A stretch of DNA of 64,000 nucleotides. Source: a virus (lineage: Duplodnaviria; Heunggongvirae; Uroviricota; Caudoviricetes). Position numbers and translations under genes: made by a program. A model generated the notes under the pieces. The model did no database searches and had not been told where the DNA came from. It saw only the letters and a list, made by a program, of their open reading frames with translations. This document shows, one piece after another, positions 49,177-61,504 of this stretch. Every line of letters begins with the position of its first letter. Positions within the stretch are counted from its first letter, which is position 1. The stretch lies in the IMG/VR virus record IMGVR_UViG_2718218305_000006; one strand, given 5' to 3'.

Positions 49177-49929
49177 ATGGCAACACCAAATCCCCTTGAG
49201 CCGGTAAAAGGTGCCGGTACCACTCTGTGGGTTTACAACGGCAAGGGTGATGCTTATGCAAACCCGTTGTCAGACGATGACTGGCAGCGACTGGCTAAGG
49301 TGAAGGATCTGACGCCGGGCGAGATGACGGCAGAACCCTACGATGATAACTACCTGGATGATGAAGACGCGGACTGGACCGCGACCGGGCAGGGGCAGAA
49401 GTCTGCAGGAGATACCAGTTTTACGCTGGCCTGGAAACCGGGAGAAGAAGGTCAGAAAGGGCTTATAGGCTGGTTTGAAAGCGGGGATGTGCGGGCCTAT
49501 AAAATCCGTTTCCCAAATGGCACGGTGGATGTGTTCCGTGGCTGGGTCAGCAGTATCGGTAAGGCCGTGACGGCGAAAGAAGTGATCACCCGCACGGTGA
49601 AAGTCACTAACGTGGGCAAACCTTCCGTGGCGGAAGAACGCAGCGAAATTACGCCGGCCACTGCAATTAAGGTGACACCGACATCCGGTACGGTGGCAAA
49701 AGGGAAAACAACCACCCTGACGGTTTCTTTTGAGCCGGAAAGTGCAACCGACAAGACGTTCAGAGCGGTTTCCGCCGATCCGTCGAAAGCCACCATTAGT
49801 GTGAAAGATATGACAATTACGGTAAACGGCGTGGCGACAGGTAAGGTGCAGATCCCTGTGGTGAGCGGAAATGGTCAGTTCGCCGCAGTGGCTGAAGTCA
49901 CCGTTACTGAAGCGGGCGCTGCAGGGTAA
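49177..49929 (+). CDS. V: Major tail protein V (with C-terminal Ig-like domain)
   Basis: …[11 protein letters not shown]…[22 protein letters not shown]…[20 protein letters not shown]… matches lambda gpV. Confidence 0.9.
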   Translation: MATPNPLEPVKGAGTTLWVYNGKGDAYANPLSDDDWQRLAKVKDLTPGEMTAEPYDDNYLDDEDADWTATGQGQKSAGDTSFTLAWKPGEEGQKGLIGWFESGDVRAYKIRFPNGTVDVFRGWVSSIGKAVTAKEVITRTVKVTNVGKPSVAEERSEITPATAIKVTPTSGTVAKGKTTTLTVSFEPESATDKTFRAVSADPSKATISVKDMTITVNGVATGKVQIPVVSGNGQFAAVAEVTVTEAGAAG

Positions 49930-49942
49930 ACGGAGGTAATAC

Positions 49943-50365
49943 ATGTTTCTGAAAACAGAACAATTTGAATATAACGGTGTGTCCGTCACGCTTTCCGAAT
50001 TGTCTGCGCTGCAGCGGTTTGATTATATGAAGTTTGTTTCAGACGCAGCACAACAGAAGACAACGAAGCATAATGCCGTGCACATTAACCAGCGATATCT
50101 GGAAACGGCATCCCTGCTTGTGGCGATGTCGCTATGGCATTCCCATTCCCTCAAAGGCACTCTGGCCTCTCCGGAGACAGAGATGCAGCAGATCCGCCGT
50201 GAAGTGATGCTGGGATGGCCTGCTGATGCACTGAATCAGGCAACGAACCGGGTGCTTTATCTTTCAGGTATGCTGGATAACCGGCACGATGCCGATCCTG
50301 AACCAACCGGGAAAGCAGAAGCGACAGAGCCGGTAACATCAAAAAAGCATTCGAAGGTGAGCTGA
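49943..50365 (+). CDS. G: Tail assembly chaperone G
   Basis: MFLKTEQFEYNGVSVTLSELSALQR… resembles lambda gpG; ends at slippery heptamer. Confidence 0.85.
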   Translation: MFLKTEQFEYNGVSVTLSELSALQRFDYMKFVSDAAQQKTTKHNAVHINQRYLETASLLVAMSLWHSHSLKGTLASPETEMQQIRREVMLGWPADALNQATNRVLYLSGMLDNRHDADPEPTGKAEATEPVTSKKHSKVS

Positions 50366-50700
50366 ACTTTGTCCTGAAACTGGCGCGTGAGATGGGGAGA
50401 GCCGACTGGCGCGCCATGCTTGCCGGGATGACATCCACCGAATATGCCGACTGGCGACGTTTTTACTGCACGCATTATTTTCAGGATACCCAGCTGGATA
50501 TGCATTTTTCCGGGCTGACGTACGCCGTACTCAGCCTGTTTTTTTGCGATCCGGATATGCATCCGGCGGATTTCAGCCTGTTCGCTCCGGAGGCAGAGGA
50601 AGGACAGGCGGAGACGCCGGACGAAAATGATGTACTGATGCAGAAGGCGGCGGGCCTCGCCGGTGGAGTCCGTTTCGGGGAGGAGGGAAGGAGGTTGTGA
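49943..50700 (+). CDS. T: Tail assembly chaperone G-T fusion made by -1 frameshift
   Basis: T ORF (50392-50700) in the -1 frame relative to G, contiguous with the slippery site. Confidence 0.65.
50341..50347 (+). promoter_or_regulatory. Programmed -1 frameshift slippery site A AAA AAG (G to G-T)
   Basis: tca-aaa-aag heptamer 18 nt before the G stop; -1 frame open to 50700. Confidence 0.6.
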
Positions 50701-50734
50701 CAGTTATTGATGGTATCAGAGGACATTTCAGGAG

Positions 50735-53389
50735 GTGACCACGATGGCAGGTAATTTTGCCGATCTGACAGCCGTGCTGACACTGGATTCTGCCCGTTTT
50801 TCTGAAGAGGCAGCGCGGGTAAAAAAAGAGCTGGGTGAAACCAGTGCGCTTGCTGATTTGATGTCCGGGAAAGTCAGTCAGTCTTTCAGAAAACAGGCTG
50901 ATGCTGCTGAGCAGAGTCTGAGCCGACAGGCGCTGGCTGCACAAAAAGCCGGGATATCAGTCGGACAGTATAAGGCTGCCATGCGCACACTGCCCGCACA
51001 GTTCACGGATATTGTCACTCAGCTTGCCGGTGGTCAGAATCCCTTCCTTATCATGCTGCAGCAGGGGGGGCAGATCAGCGATTCATTCGGTGGACCGCTC
51101 AGCCTGCTTACCCTGCTGAAGGAGGAACTTCTCGGGATCAGGGATGCCTCTGAATCATCAGAGGAGTCGCTGTCAGATACGGCAAATGCACTGGCTGAAA
51201 ATGCCCGGAATGCCGGTGAGCTGGGACGATTTATGTCGGTGGCCCGTGTGGCGGCAGGTGGCGGGGTTGCCGTACTGGCCGCGCTTGCTGCCGCCGCCTG
51301 GCAGGCAGAGCAGGCTGACCGGGCCTTATTGCGTTCACTGACCCTGACCGGAGGGGCTGCTGCCACCACAACGGCAGAATTGTGGAAAATGGCCGGGGTG
51401 ATCAGCGATGAAGCCGGTGGTGGTATCAGACAGGCGGCAGAAAATCTGGCCCGTCTGGCAGAAAGCGGGAAATATACCGCCGGGCAGCTACGGATCATGG
51501 GGGAAACCTCTCAGAGATGGCTGCAGACGGTGGGGGACGATGCCGGGAAGGTGGAAAAAGCCTTTGAAGGGATTGCAGCAGATCCGGTGAAGGCGCTGGC
51601 CTCCCTGAATCAGCAGTATAACTTCCTGAGCGTTTCCCAGTTACGCCATATTGATGAGCTTGAGCGCACGAAAGGTAAACAGGCTGCGGTGACGGAGGCG
51701 ATGTCCCTGTTTGCGGATGTCATGAATGCACGTCTGGAGCAACTTGATAAAGCGGCCACGCCGGTGGAAAAAATCTGGGACGATGTTAAAACCTGGACTT
51801 CTGACGCATGGGCATGGATAGGTGATCATACACTGGGGGCACTCAGTCTGATCACTGACGTGGTGGCAGGAACCGTTGAACAGGTGAAGCTGCTGCTTGT
51901 GCAGGGGGATCTGGCGCTGGCTGAATTTATTCAGTCAGCCTGGGAAACGACAAAGAATGTGCCCGGCGTTGGTGCGTTGTTTGGTGAACTGGCAGAAGAG
52001 AACCGCGTATTTATTGAGAAAACAAAACGCGATGAACTGGCGCTGAGAAAATCCATTGCGGAACGGGATGCGCGTATACGCCAGGGGGAAATGGGGTACA
52101 TCAACCGTTCGCGTGCAACAGGCGTCAGCAAAGGTCCGGGGCAGCAGGAAGCCGTCAGCCGTCTGGCTGAAGAGCTGACAGGTAAAAAGCATACATCACC
52201 GAAAACGCGCTCTGCCGGGGAGAGGGAAGAGGAGCAGGCAAGAGAGGCTCTGCTTGCCCTTGAAGCTGAGCTCAGGACGCTGGAAAAACACAGCGGTGCG
52301 AATGAGAAAATCAGCCGGCAGCGCCGTGATTTATGGAAGGCGGAAAGTCAGTATGCGGTCCTGAAAGAGGCTGCCACGAAACGACAGTTATCTGAGCAGG
52401 AAAAATCCCTGCTGGCGCATAAAGACGAGACGCTGGAGTACAAACGCCAGCTGGCTGAGCTGGGCGACAAGGTTGAATACCAGAAACGCCTGAATGAGCT
52501 GGCACAGCAGGCGGTGCGGTTTGAAGAGCAGCAGAGCGCGAAGCAGGCCGCCATCAGCGCAAAAGCCCGCGGTCTCACTGACCGTCAGGCGCAGCGGGAG
52601 TCTGAAGCGCAGCGTCTTCGGGACGTGTACGGTGATAATCCGGCTGCGCTGGCGAAGGCCACATCGGCACTGAAGAACACCTGGTCTGCGGAGGAGCAGC
52701 TTCGTGGAAGCTGGCTGGCCGGGCTGAAGTCCGGCTGGGGGGAGTGGGCGGAAAGTGCGACGGACAGTTTTTCGCAGGTTAAAAGTGCTGCCACGCAGAC
52801 CTTTGACGGTATTGCACAGAATATGGCGGCGATGCTGACCGGTGCAGAGGCAGACTGGCGGGGATTCACCCGTTCGGTGCTGTCCATGATGACAGAAATC
52901 CTGCTTAAACAGGCCATGGTGGGCATTGTCGGGCGTATCGGCAGCGCCATTGGCGGTGCTTTCGGTGGTGGTGCATCTGCTTCCTCGGGGACGGCCATTG
53001 AGGCTGCGGCGGCGAACTTCCATTTCGCGACCGGAGGATTTACGGGGACGGGCGGCAAATATGAGCCTGCGGGGATAGTTCACCGCGGGGAGTTTGTTTT
53101 CACGAAAGAGGCAACCAGCCGGATAGGTGTGGGGAATCTTTACCGTCTGATGCGCGGCTATGCGGAAGGTGGTTATGTGGGTGGTGCCGGAAGTCCGGCG
53201 CAGATGCGGCGGGCGGAAGGTATTAATTTTAATCAGAACAATCACGTGGTGATTCAGAACGACGGCACCAACGGACAGGCGGGGCCGCAGCTGATGAAGG
53301 CGGTGTATGACATGGCCCGCAAGGGGGCGCAGGATGAGCTCCGGCTGCAGTTGCGTGATGGCGGTATGTTATCGGGGAGCGGGCGATGA
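50735..53389 (+). CDS. H: Tail tape measure protein H, 884 aa
   Basis: Ala-rich coiled protein; C-terminus shared with the prophage X copy; 142 aa shorter than the X tape measure. Confidence 0.9.
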   Translation: MTTMAGNFADLTAVLTLDSARFSEEAARVKKELGETSALADLMSGKVSQSFRKQADAAEQSLSRQALAAQKAGISVGQYKAAMRTLPAQFTDIVTQLAGGQNPFLIMLQQGGQISDSFGGPLSLLTLLKEELLGIRDASESSEESLSDTANALAENARNAGELGRFMSVARVAAGGGVAVLAALAAAAWQAEQADRALLRSLTLTGGAAATTTAELWKMAGVISDEAGGGIRQAAENLARLAESGKYTAGQLRIMGETSQRWLQTVGDDAGKVEKAFEGIAADPVKALASLNQQYNFLSVSQLRHIDELERTKGKQAAVTEAMSLFADVMNARLEQLDKAATPVEKIWDDVKTWTSDAWAWIGDHTLGALSLITDVVAGTVEQVKLLLVQGDLALAEFIQSAWETTKNVPGVGALFGELAEENRVFIEKTKRDELALRKSIAERDARIRQGEMGYINRSRATGVSKGPGQQEAVSRLAEELTGKKHTSPKTRSAGEREEEQAREALLALEAELRTLEKHSGANEKISRQRRDLWKAESQYAVLKEAATKRQLSEQEKSLLAHKDETLEYKRQLAELGDKVEYQKRLNELAQQAVRFEEQQSAKQAAISAKARGLTDRQAQRESEAQRLRDVYGDNPAALAKATSALKNTWSAEEQLRGSWLAGLKSGWGEWAESATDSFSQVKSAATQTFDGIAQNMAAMLTGAEADWRGFTRSVLSMMTEILLKQAMVGIVGRIGSAIGGAFGGGASASSGTAIEAAAANFHFATGGFTGTGGKYEPAGIVHRGEFVFTKEATSRIGVGNLYRLMRGYAEGGYVGGAGSPAQMRRAEGINFNQNNHVVIQNDGTNGQAGPQLMKAVYDMARKGAQDELRLQLRDGGMLSGSGR

Positions 53390-53715
53390 AAACATTTCGC
53401 TGGAAAGTGAAGCCGGATATGGAGGTGAACTCGCAGCCGTCGGTGCGTGAAGTGCGTTTTGGTGACGGGTACTCACAGCGTATGGCGGCAGGGCTGAATG
53501 CTGACCTGAAAACATACCGTGTGACGCTTTCCGTGACCCGGGAGGAGGCCCGGCATCTGGAAGCGTTCCTGGCAGAGCACGGAGGCTGGAAGGCATTTTT
53601 GTGGAAGCCACCCTATGCATACCGGCAGATAAAGGTGACCTGTGCCGGGTGGTCTGCGCGGGTCGGGATGTTGCGCGTTGAGTTCAGCGCGGAGTTTAAG
53701 CAGGTGGTGAACTGA
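53386..53715 (+). CDS. M: Minor tail protein M
   Basis: 109 aa; ATGA overlap with the H stop. Confidence 0.85.
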   Translation: MKTFRWKVKPDMEVNSQPSVREVRFGDGYSQRMAAGLNADLKTYRVTLSVTREEARHLEAFLAEHGGWKAFLWKPPYAYRQIKVTCAGWSARVGMLRVEFSAEFKQVVN

Positions 53716-54413
53716 TGCAGGATATCCACGAAGAAAGTCTTAACGAGTCGGTAAAATCAGAGCAGTCACCGCGGGTGGTGCTCTGGGAAATTGACCTGAC
53801 GGTGCAGGGCGGTGAGCGCTATTTTTTCTGCAATGAGCTGAATGAAAAAGGGGAGGCGGTCACCTGGCAGGGGCGGCAATATCAGGCATACCCGATTGAC
53901 GGCAGTGGCTTTGAGATGAACGGGAAGGGCAGCAGTGCCAGACCGTCGCTGACGGTGTCCAATCTGTTTGGTCTGGTCACCGGGATGGCGGAGGACCTGC
54001 AGAGCCTGGTGGGGGCCACGGTGGTCCGCCGCCGGGTGTATGCCCGTTTTCTGGATGCGGTGAATTTTGTGGCGGGCAATCCGGAAGCGGACCCGGAGCA
54101 GGAGCTGAGCGACCGCTGGGTGGTGGAGCAGATGTCAGAGCTGACGGCCATGACAGCCTCGTTTGTGCTGGCAACACCGACGGAGACGGACGGGGCGCTG
54201 TTTCCTGGTCGCATCATGCTGGCGAACACCTGTATGTGGGATTACCGGGGAGATGAATGCGGGTATAACGGTCCTGCGGTGGCGGATGAGTTCGACAACC
54301 CCACCACGGATATCCGTAAGGACAGATGCAGCAAGTGCATGCGCGGGTGTGAGATGCGCGGCATGGTGGCTAATTTTGGCGGTTTCCTTTCCATTAATAA
54401 ACTTTCGCAGTAA
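53715..54413 (+). CDS. L: Minor tail protein L (intact, 232 aa)
   Basis: Full-length counterpart of the truncated L in prophage X; C-terminal Cys cluster. Confidence 0.85.
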   Translation: MQDIHEESLNESVKSEQSPRVVLWEIDLTVQGGERYFFCNELNEKGEAVTWQGRQYQAYPIDGSGFEMNGKGSSARPSLTVSNLFGLVTGMAEDLQSLVGATVVRRRVYARFLDAVNFVAGNPEADPEQELSDRWVVEQMSELTAMTASFVLATPTETDGALFPGRIMLANTCMWDYRGDECGYNGPAVADEFDNPTTDIRKDRCSKCMRGCEMRGMVANFGGFLSINKLSQ

Positions 54414-54423
54414 ATCCCGGTTT

Positions 54424-55167
54424 ATGACACAGACTGAATCAGCGATTCTGGCGCATGCCCGGCGGTGTGCGCCTGCGGAGTCGTGCGGCTTCGTGGTGAG
54501 AACGCCGGAGGGGGAGCGGTATATCCCTTGTGTGAATATCTCTGCAGAGCCGGAGGCGTATTTTCGTATTGCACCGGAAGACTGGCTGCGGGCAGAGATG
54601 CAGGGGGAGATTGTGGCACTGGTCCACAGTCATCCCGGTGGTCTGCCCTGGCTGAGCGAGGCCGACCGGCGGCTGCAGATAAAAAGTGCACTGTCCTGGT
54701 GGCTGGTCTGCCGGGGGGACATTCATAAATTCCGCTGTGTGCCACATCTGACAGGACGGCTCTTTGAGCACGGGGTGACGGACTGTTACACGCTGTTCCG
54801 GGATGCATACCATCTGGCGGGGACTGAAATGCCGGATTTTCATCGCGAGGATGACTGGTGGCGCAACGGCCAGAACCTGTACCTGGACAATATGGAGGGA
54901 ACGGGCTTTTACCGGGTGCCCCTGTCCTCTGCACAGGCGGGCGATATTCTGCTGTGCTGCTTTGGTGCTTCGGTACCGAACCATGCCGCCATTTACTGTG
55001 GCAACGGTGAGCTGCTTCACCATCTGCCTGAACAACTGAGTAAACGGGAGAGGTATTCCGAAAAATGGCAACGACGAACGCATTCTGTCTGGCGTCACCG
55101 CCACTGGCACGCATCTGCCTTCACGGGGATTTACAACGATTTGGCCGCCGCCTCAGCCTGTATGTGA
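54424..55167 (+). CDS. K: Tail assembly protein K (JAMM/MPN plus NlpC/P60-like)
   Basis: MTQTESAILAHARRCAPAESCGFV…HSHPGG… matches lambda gpK. Confidence 0.85.
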   Translation: MTQTESAILAHARRCAPAESCGFVVRTPEGERYIPCVNISAEPEAYFRIAPEDWLRAEMQGEIVALVHSHPGGLPWLSEADRRLQIKSALSWWLVCRGDIHKFRCVPHLTGRLFEHGVTDCYTLFRDAYHLAGTEMPDFHREDDWWRNGQNLYLDNMEGTGFYRVPLSSAQAGDILLCCFGASVPNHAAIYCGNGELLHHLPEQLSKRERYSEKWQRRTHSVWRHRHWHASAFTGIYNDLAAASACM

Positions 55168-55742
55168 ACACGGCAGCGGAAGCCATCCGGGCGCTGTCGT
55201 TACAGGTGCCCGGATTCCGCCGTCAGATGAACGAAGGCTGGTACCAGATACGTATTGCCGGTGATGACACGGCACCGGAGGCGGTGTACGCCCGTCTTCA
55301 CGAACAGCTGGGTGAGGGAACGGTCATCCACATTGTGCCGCGACTGGCCGGGGCCGGAAAGGGTGGACTGCAGATTGTGCTGGGGGCGGCAGCCATCGTG
55401 GGCTCTTTCTTCACTGCCGGGGCATCGATGGCGTTATGGGGTTCAGCCCTGGCAGCCGGTGGTTTTTCTGCCACCACGATGCTGTTTTCTCTGGGGGCCA
55501 GCATGATTCTGGGTGGTGTGGCCCAGATGCTGGCCCCGAAGGCAAAAACACCGGATTACCGCGCAACGGATAACGGCAGACAGAACACGTACTTTTCGTC
55601 ACTGGACAACATGATTGCCCAGGGTAACCCGATGCCGGTGCCTTATGGTGAAATGCTGGTTGGTTCACGACGGATATCCCAGGACATCAGCACCCGTGAT
55701 GAGGGCGGAGACGGGAAAGTGGTGGTTATCGGGCGGGGATGA
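55065..55742 (+). CDS. I: Tail assembly protein I
   Basis: 225 aa with Gly/Ala-rich hydrophobic C-terminal half; lambda gpI-like; overlaps the K 3' end. Confidence 0.8.
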   Translation: MATTNAFCLASPPLARICLHGDLQRFGRRLSLYVNTAAEAIRALSLQVPGFRRQMNEGWYQIRIAGDDTAPEAVYARLHEQLGEGTVIHIVPRLAGAGKGGLQIVLGAAAIVGSFFTAGASMALWGSALAAGGFSATTMLFSLGASMILGGVAQMLAPKAKTPDYRATDNGRQNTYFSSLDNMIAQGNPMPVPYGEMLVGSRRISQDISTRDEGGDGKVVVIGRG

Positions 55743-55982
55743 AAATAAAAAAATCCCGCAGAGTTAGCGGAGCTGCGGGAGAGAACGATGAAGATTAACG
55801 TTATGGAGTTATTTTTCAGGCATCAAAAAAGTAACGCAGCGTCATTATTGCGGCTACAGGCAATTGCCGGAAATGTGAAGAGTTTCAGAAATTTTATTCC
55901 GTCATGACACAGGCACCCTCCGGGGTGCCTGTTGTTTTCTGGCATAAACAGATTCAGACATCAGACAGGAGAGGGGGACAGA

Positions 55983-58900
55983 GTGGGTAAAGGGGGCGGC
56001 AAGGGGCACACGCCGGTAGAGGCAAAGGACAATCTTAAGTCCACGCAGATGATGAGCGTGATTGACGCCATTGGTGAAGGGCCGATTGAAGGTCCGGTGA
56101 AGGGGCTGCAGAGTATCCTGGTGAACAAAACCCCGCTGACGGACACGGACGGTAATCCCGTGATACACGGTGTGACCGCGGTCTGGCGTGCCGGGGAGCA
56201 GGAGCAGACACCGCCGGAAGGTTTTGAGTCCTCCGGAGCTGAAACCGCACTGGGCGTGGAAGTGACGAAGGCAAAGCCGGTGACGCGCACCATTACGTCC
56301 GCGAACATTGACCGCCTGCGGGTCACCTTCGGGGTGCAGTCACTGGTGCAGACCACGTCAAAGGGTGACCGAAACCCGACATCCGTCCGCCTGCTGATTC
56401 AGTTACAGCGTAACGGTAACTGGGTGACGGAAAAGGATGTCACCATTAACGGCAAGACAACCTCGCAGTTTCTGGCGTCGGTGATTCTGGATAATCTGCC
56501 TCCCCGTCCTTTTAACATCCGGATGGTCAGGGAGACGGCGGACAGCACCACGGACCAGCTGCAGAATAAGACGCTGTGGTCGTCATACACCGAAATCATC
56601 GATGTGAAACAGTGCTACCCGAACACGGCTATTGTGGGGCTGCAGGTGGATGCGGAGCAGTTCGGCGGCCAGCAGATGACGGTGAACTACCATATCCGCG
56701 GTCGCATCATCCAGGTGCCGTCAAACTATGACCCGGAAAAACGCACGTACAGTGGTATCTGGGACGGTAGCCTGAAACCGGCATACAGCAATAACCCGGC
56801 CTGGTGCCTGTGGGACATGCTGACCCACCCGCGCTACGGAATGGGAAAACGCCTGGGGGCGGCGGATGTGGACAAGTGGGCGCTGTATGCCATTGCGCAG
56901 TACTGCGACCAGATGGTCCCTGATGGTTTCGGGGGCACAGAGCCGCGGATGACCTTTAATGCGTACCTGTCACAACAGCGTAAGGCGTGGGATGTGCTCA
57001 GTGATTTCTGCTCGGCGATGCGCTGTATGCCGGTATGGAACGGCCAGACGCTGACGTTCGTTCAGGACCGCCCGTCGGATGTGGTGTGGCCGTACACCAA
57101 CAGCGATGTGGTGGTGGATGATAACGGCGTGGGGTTTCGCTACAGCTTCAGCGCCCTGAAGGACCGCCACACGGCGGTGGAGGTGAATTACACCGACCCG
57201 CAGAACGGCTGGCAGACCTCCACGGAACTGGTGGAAGACCCGGAAGCCATACTGCGCTACGGGCGCAACCTGCTGAAGATGGATGCGTTCGGCTGCACCA
57301 GTCGCGGTCAGGCCCACCGTGCCGGGCTGTGGGTGATAAAGACCGGACTGCTGGAAACGCAGACGGTGGATTTCACGCTCGGGTCACAGGGGCTGCGTCA
57401 CACACCCGGTGACATTATTGAAATCTGTGATAACGACTATGCCGGGACCATGACCGGCGGACGTATCCTGTCCATCGATGCCGCCAGCCGCACCCTGACG
57501 CTGGACCGTGAGGTGACCCTGCCGGAGACCGGTGCCGCCACGGTGAACCTGATTAACGGCAGCGGTAAGCCGGTGAGTGTGGACATCACCGCACACCCCG
57601 CGCCGGACCGGATACAGGTCAGCACCCTGCCGGATGGCGTGGAGACATACGGTGTGTGGGGGCTCTCCCTGCCGTCACTGCGTCGTCGCCTGTTCCGCTG
57701 TGTCTCCATACGGGAAAACACGGACGGCACCTTTGCCATCACGGCGGTGCAGCACGTACCGGAAAAAGAAGCCATCGTGGATAACGGGGCCAGCTTTGAG
57801 CCGCAGTCAGGCACCCTGAACAGCGTTATTCCACCGGCAGTGCAGCACCTGACGGTGGAGGTGAGCGCGGCTGACGGTCAGTATCTGGCACAGGCGAAAT
57901 GGGACACGCCGCGGGTGGTGAAGGGTGTGCGCTTCAGTCTGCGCCTGACCAGCGGAAGCGGAGAAGACAGCCGTCTGGTGACCACCGCCATCACTGCGGA
58001 TACAGAGCATCGTTTCAGTGGTCTGCCGCCCGGGGAATACACCCTGACAGTCAGGGCAATTAACAGTTATGGCCAGCAGGGCGAACCGGCCACCACCACG
58101 TTCAGGATTAATGCACCTGCGGTACCCGCCACGATTGAGCTGACACCGGGCTATTTTCAGATAACAGCGGTCCCGCGTCTTGCGGTGTATGACCCGACGG
58201 TACAGTTTGAGTTCTGGTTTTCGGAGACAAAAATCGCAGACACATCTCAGGTGGAAACCTCTGCCCGTTATCTGGGGACCGGCAGTCAGTGGAGTGTATC
58301 CGGCCCGCACATTAAGCCCGGGAAGGATTTCTGGTTTTACGTGCGCAGCGTCAACCTGGTGGGGAAATCTGCTTTTGTGGAAGCCAGTGGCCGGGCCAGC
58401 AATGATGCAGAAGGGTATCTGGGGCTGTTTCGGGAAAAAATAGGAAAACTGCATCTGGCTCAGGGGCTGTGGGAGCTGATAGACAACAGCCAGCTTGCGG
58501 ATGAGATGGCGGAGATGAAGACCACCATCACCGAAACCCGCAATGAAATCACACAGACGGTCAGTAAAACGCTGGAAGACCAGAGCGCCACCATACAGCA
58601 GATACAGCGCGTGCAGAAGGACACAAATGATGACCTGGCTGCGCTGTACATGCTGAAGGTTCAAAAAACGAAAGACGGCATTCCCTATGTGGCCGGGATT
58701 GGTGCAGGGATTGAGGATACTGATGGCCAGCCACTGAGCAACATACTGCTGCTGGCTGACCGTATCGCGATGATAAATCCGGAGAGCGGCAACAGCACGC
58801 CGTTATTTGTGGCGCAGGGGAATCAGCTGTTCATGAACGACGTGTTCCTGAAACGACTGTTTGCGGTGAGCATCACGTCATCCGGCAATCCTCCGGCATT

Positions 58901-59459
58901 TTCCCTGACGCCGGACGGGCGACTGACGGCGAAAAATGCGGATATCAGTGGCAGTGTGAATGCGAACTCAGGGACGCTCAACAACGTCACGATTAATGAG
59001 AACTGTCAGATTAAGGGGAAACTGTCAGCCAACCAGATTGAAGGTGATATTGTCAAAACGGTCAGCAAGTCTTTCCCCCGCACGAGCACTTATGCCAGTG
59101 GCACCATCACGGTAAGAATCAGTGATGATCAGAAGTTTGACCGGCAGGTCATGATACCGCCAGTGTTATTCCGCGGTGGTAAGCATGAGAATTTCAACAG
59201 TAATAACCAACAGTCATATTGGTATTCAACCTGCCGGTTAAGAGTGACCCGCAATGGTCAGGAGATTTTTAATCAGTCCACGACGGATGCTCAGGGCGTA
59301 TTTTCCTCAGTTATAGATATGCCTGCCGGACAGGGGACGCTGACACTGACATTCACCGTATCTTCATCAGGAGCGAATAACTGGACACCAACAACCAGTA
59401 TCAGCGATCTGCTGGTTGTGGTGATGAAAAAATCCACAGCAGGTATCAGTATCAGCTGA
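55983..59459 (+). CDS. J: Tail tip/central fibre protein J (intact)
   Basis: GTG start with RBS ggagaggggga; N-terminus [39 protein letters not shown]… and C-terminus …[20 protein letters not shown] parallel lambda gpJ. Confidence 0.9.
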   Translation: MGKGGGKGHTPVEAKDNLKSTQMMSVIDAIGEGPIEGPVKGLQSILVNKTPLTDTDGNPVIHGVTAVWRAGEQEQTPPEGFESSGAETALGVEVTKAKPVTRTITSANIDRLRVTFGVQSLVQTTSKGDRNPTSVRLLIQLQRNGNWVTEKDVTINGKTTSQFLASVILDNLPPRPFNIRMVRETADSTTDQLQNKTLWSSYTEIIDVKQCYPNTAIVGLQVDAEQFGGQQMTVNYHIRGRIIQVPSNYDPEKRTYSGIWDGSLKPAYSNNPAWCLWDMLTHPRYGMGKRLGAADVDKWALYAIAQYCDQMVPDGFGGTEPRMTFNAYLSQQRKAWDVLSDFCSAMRCMPVWNGQTLTFVQDRPSDVVWPYTNSDVVVDDNGVGFRYSFSALKDRHTAVEVNYTDPQNGWQTSTELVEDPEAILRYGRNLLKMDAFGCTSRGQAHRAGLWVIKTGLLETQTVDFTLGSQGLRHTPGDIIEICDNDYAGTMTGGRILSIDAASRTLTLDREVTLPETGAATVNLINGSGKPVSVDITAHPAPDRIQVSTLPDGVETYGVWGLSLPSLRRRLFRCVSIRENTDGTFAITAVQHVPEKEAIVDNGASFEPQSGTLNSVIPPAVQHLTVEVSAADGQYLAQAKWDTPRVVKGVRFSLRLTSGSGEDSRLVTTAITADTEHRFSGLPPGEYTLTVRAINSYGQQGEPATTTFRINAPAVPATIELTPGYFQITAVPRLAVYDPTVQFEFWFSETKIADTSQVETSARYLGTGSQWSVSGPHIKPGKDFWFYVRSVNLVGKSAFVEASGRASNDAEGYLGLFREKIGKLHLAQGLWELIDNSQLADEMAEMKTTITETRNEITQTVSKTLEDQSATIQQIQRVQKDTNDDLAALYMLKVQKTKDGIPYVAGIGAGIEDTDGQPLSNILLLADRIAMINPESGNSTPLFVAQGNQLFMNDVFLKRLFAVSITSSGNPPAFSLTPDGRLTAKNADISGSVNANSGTLNNVTINENCQIKGKLSANQIEGDIVKTVSKSFPRTSTYASGTITVRISDDQKFDRQVMIPPVLFRGGKHENFNSNNQQSYWYSTCRLRVTRNGQEIFNQSTTDAQGVFSSVIDMPAGQGTLTLTFTVSSSGANNWTPTTSISDLLVVVMKKSTAGISIS

Positions 59460-59477
59460 ATTTTATAACCCATAACG

Positions 59478-59501
59478 GGCGTCAGAAATGACGCCTTTTT
59501 T
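59478..59501 (+). terminator. Intrinsic terminator after J
   Basis: gggcgtc-agaaat-gacgcc hairpin followed by T-run. Confidence 0.5.
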
Positions 59502-59525
59502 ATTGCAGAAAAGCGAGAGGTAATT

Positions 59526-60125
59526 ATGCGTAAACTTTATGCCGCCATTTTGTCCGCAGCCATCTGTCTGGCCGTATCCGGTGCGCCTGCATGGGCGTCT
59601 GAACATCAGTCCACGCTGAGCGCGGGCTATCTTCATGCCTCGACGAACGTTTCCGGCAGCGATGATCTGAACGGGATTAACGTGAAATACCGTTATGAGT
59701 TTACGGACACTCTGGGAATGGTGACGTCATTCAGCTATGCAGGAGACAGGAATCGCCAGCTTACCCGTTACAGCGATACCCGCTGGCATGAAGATTCCGT
59801 TCGTAACCGCTGGTTCAGCGTAATGGCGGGGCCGTCTGTGCGCGTGAATGAATGGTTCAGCGCGTATGCGATGGCGGGTGTGGCTTACAGCCGTGTGTCG
59901 ACTTTCTCCGGGGATTATCTCCGCGTAACTGACAACAAGGGGAAAACGCACGACGTGCTGACCGGAAGTGATGACGGTCGCCACAGCAACACGTCTCTGG
60001 CGTGGGGGGCTGGCGTGCAGTTTAACCCGACCGAATCCGTGGCCATTGATATTGCTTATGAAGGCTCCGGCAGTGGCGACTGGCGCACTGACGGTTTCAT
60101 CGTGGGTGTCGGTTATAAGTTCTGA
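59526..60125 (+). CDS. lom: Lom-like outer membrane protein
   Basis: Near-identical paralogue of 9719-10318. Confidence 0.85.
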   Translation: MRKLYAAILSAAICLAVSGAPAWASEHQSTLSAGYLHASTNVSGSDDLNGINVKYRYEFTDTLGMVTSFSYAGDRNRQLTRYSDTRWHEDSVRNRWFSVMAGPSVRVNEWFSAYAMAGVAYSRVSTFSGDYLRVTDNKGKTHDVLTGSDDGRHSNTSLAWGAGVQFNPTESVAIDIAYEGSGSGDWRTDGFIVGVGYKF

Positions 60126-60151
60126 TTAGCCAGGTAACACAGTGTTATGAC

Positions 60152-60179
60152 AGCCCGCCGGTTCAGGCGGGCTTTTTTG
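60152..60179 (+). terminator. Intrinsic terminator after lom
   Basis: agcccgcc-ggttcag-gcgggct hairpin followed by TTTTTT. Confidence 0.6.
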
Positions 60180-60189
60180 TGGGGTGAAT

Positions 60190-61503
60190 ATGGCAGTAAA
60201 GATTTCAGGTGTACTGAAAGACGGCACAGGAAAACCGGTAGAGAACTGCACCATTCAACTGAAAGCCAGACGGACCAGCAGCACGGTGGTGGTGAACACG
60301 GTGGCCTCTGAAAATCCGGATGAAGCCGGTCGTTACAGCATGGACGTTGAGTACGGTCAGTACAGCGTCATTCTGTTGGTGGAGGGCTTCCCGCCGTCAC
60401 ATGCCGGGACCATCACCGTGTATGAAGATTCTCAACCCGGTACGCTGAATGATTTTCTCGGTGCCATGTCGGAGGATGACGTCCGGCCGGAGGCACTGCG
60501 CCGTTTTGAACTGATGGTGGAAGAGGTGGCGCGTCACGCTGAGGAGGCGAAGAAGAATGCCGGAGAGGCGGAGACGTCAGCGAGGAATGCCGGCATATCA
60601 GCCAGTCAGGCAGAAGAGAGCGCTGCAAATGCTGACACTTCAGCAGGGGATGCATCGGAGTCAGCCCGGCAGGCGGCAGAAAGTGCAGCCGCTGCAAAGC
60701 AGTCAGAGGAGGCGTCCTCGTCCTCGGCCTCTGCGGCCGCTCAAAAAGCCAGTGAGTCATCACAAAGTGCAGCAGAAGCTGAATTGTCAAGAAAGACGGC
60801 AGAAAGTGCAGCCGGTAATGCAGCCAGGGATGCAACGACCGCAGCAGAAAAAGCCCGGGAGTCAGCAGAAAGCGCACAGTCAGCGGAACAAAGCAGGATA
60901 GCGGCGGAAGAGGCCGTAAACCGAATCCCCACCGTGGTGGGGCCTCCCGGGCCAAAGGGGGAACAGGGTCCCGCGGGTCCTCAGGGGCCGAAGGGAGATA
61001 AAGGAGAGCGTGGCGACACCGGCCCGGCAGGGGCAACCGGTGAACGGGGGCCGGCAGGTGATGCTGGTCCGGCAGGCCCGCCGGGGCCGAAAGGTGACAG
61101 GGGAGAGCGGGGAGAGACCGGTCTGACGGGAAATGCAGGTCCACAGGGTCCAAAGGGAGATACCGGTGCGGCAGGCCCGGCAGGCCCACAGGGACCGAAA
61201 GGAGAAACAGGTGCGGCTGGCCCGGTGGGGGCGACCGGACCTCAGGGACCGAAGGGCGACCCGGGGGAGACGCAAATACGGTTCCGTCTGGGGCCGGGAA
61301 ACATTATTGAGACAAACAGCCATGGCTGGTTCCCGGATACAGATGGCGCACTCATCACCGGACTGACCTTTCTTGACCCCAAAGATGCCACACGGGTTCA
61401 GGGTTTTTTTCAGCATTTGCAGGTCAGGTTTGGTGACGGGCCGTGGCAGGATGTTAAGGGGCTGGATGAAGTGGGCAGTGATACAGGCAGAACAGGAGAA
61501 TGA
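60190..61503 (+). CDS. Tail fibre protein with collagen-like Gly-X-Y repeats
   Basis: Near-identical to 10383-11696 with scattered substitutions. Confidence 0.8.
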   Translation: MAVKISGVLKDGTGKPVENCTIQLKARRTSSTVVVNTVASENPDEAGRYSMDVEYGQYSVILLVEGFPPSHAGTITVYEDSQPGTLNDFLGAMSEDDVRPEALRRFELMVEEVARHAEEAKKNAGEAETSARNAGISASQAEESAANADTSAGDASESARQAAESAAAAKQSEEASSSSASAAAQKASESSQSAAEAELSRKTAESAAGNAARDATTAAEKARESAESAQSAEQSRIAAEEAVNRIPTVVGPPGPKGEQGPAGPQGPKGDKGERGDTGPAGATGERGPAGDAGPAGPPGPKGDRGERGETGLTGNAGPQGPKGDTGAAGPAGPQGPKGETGAAGPVGATGPQGPKGDPGETQIRFRLGPGNIIETNSHGWFPDTDGALITGLTFLDPKDATRVQGFFQHLQVRFGDGPWQDVKGLDEVGSDTGRTGE

Positions 61504-61504
61504 C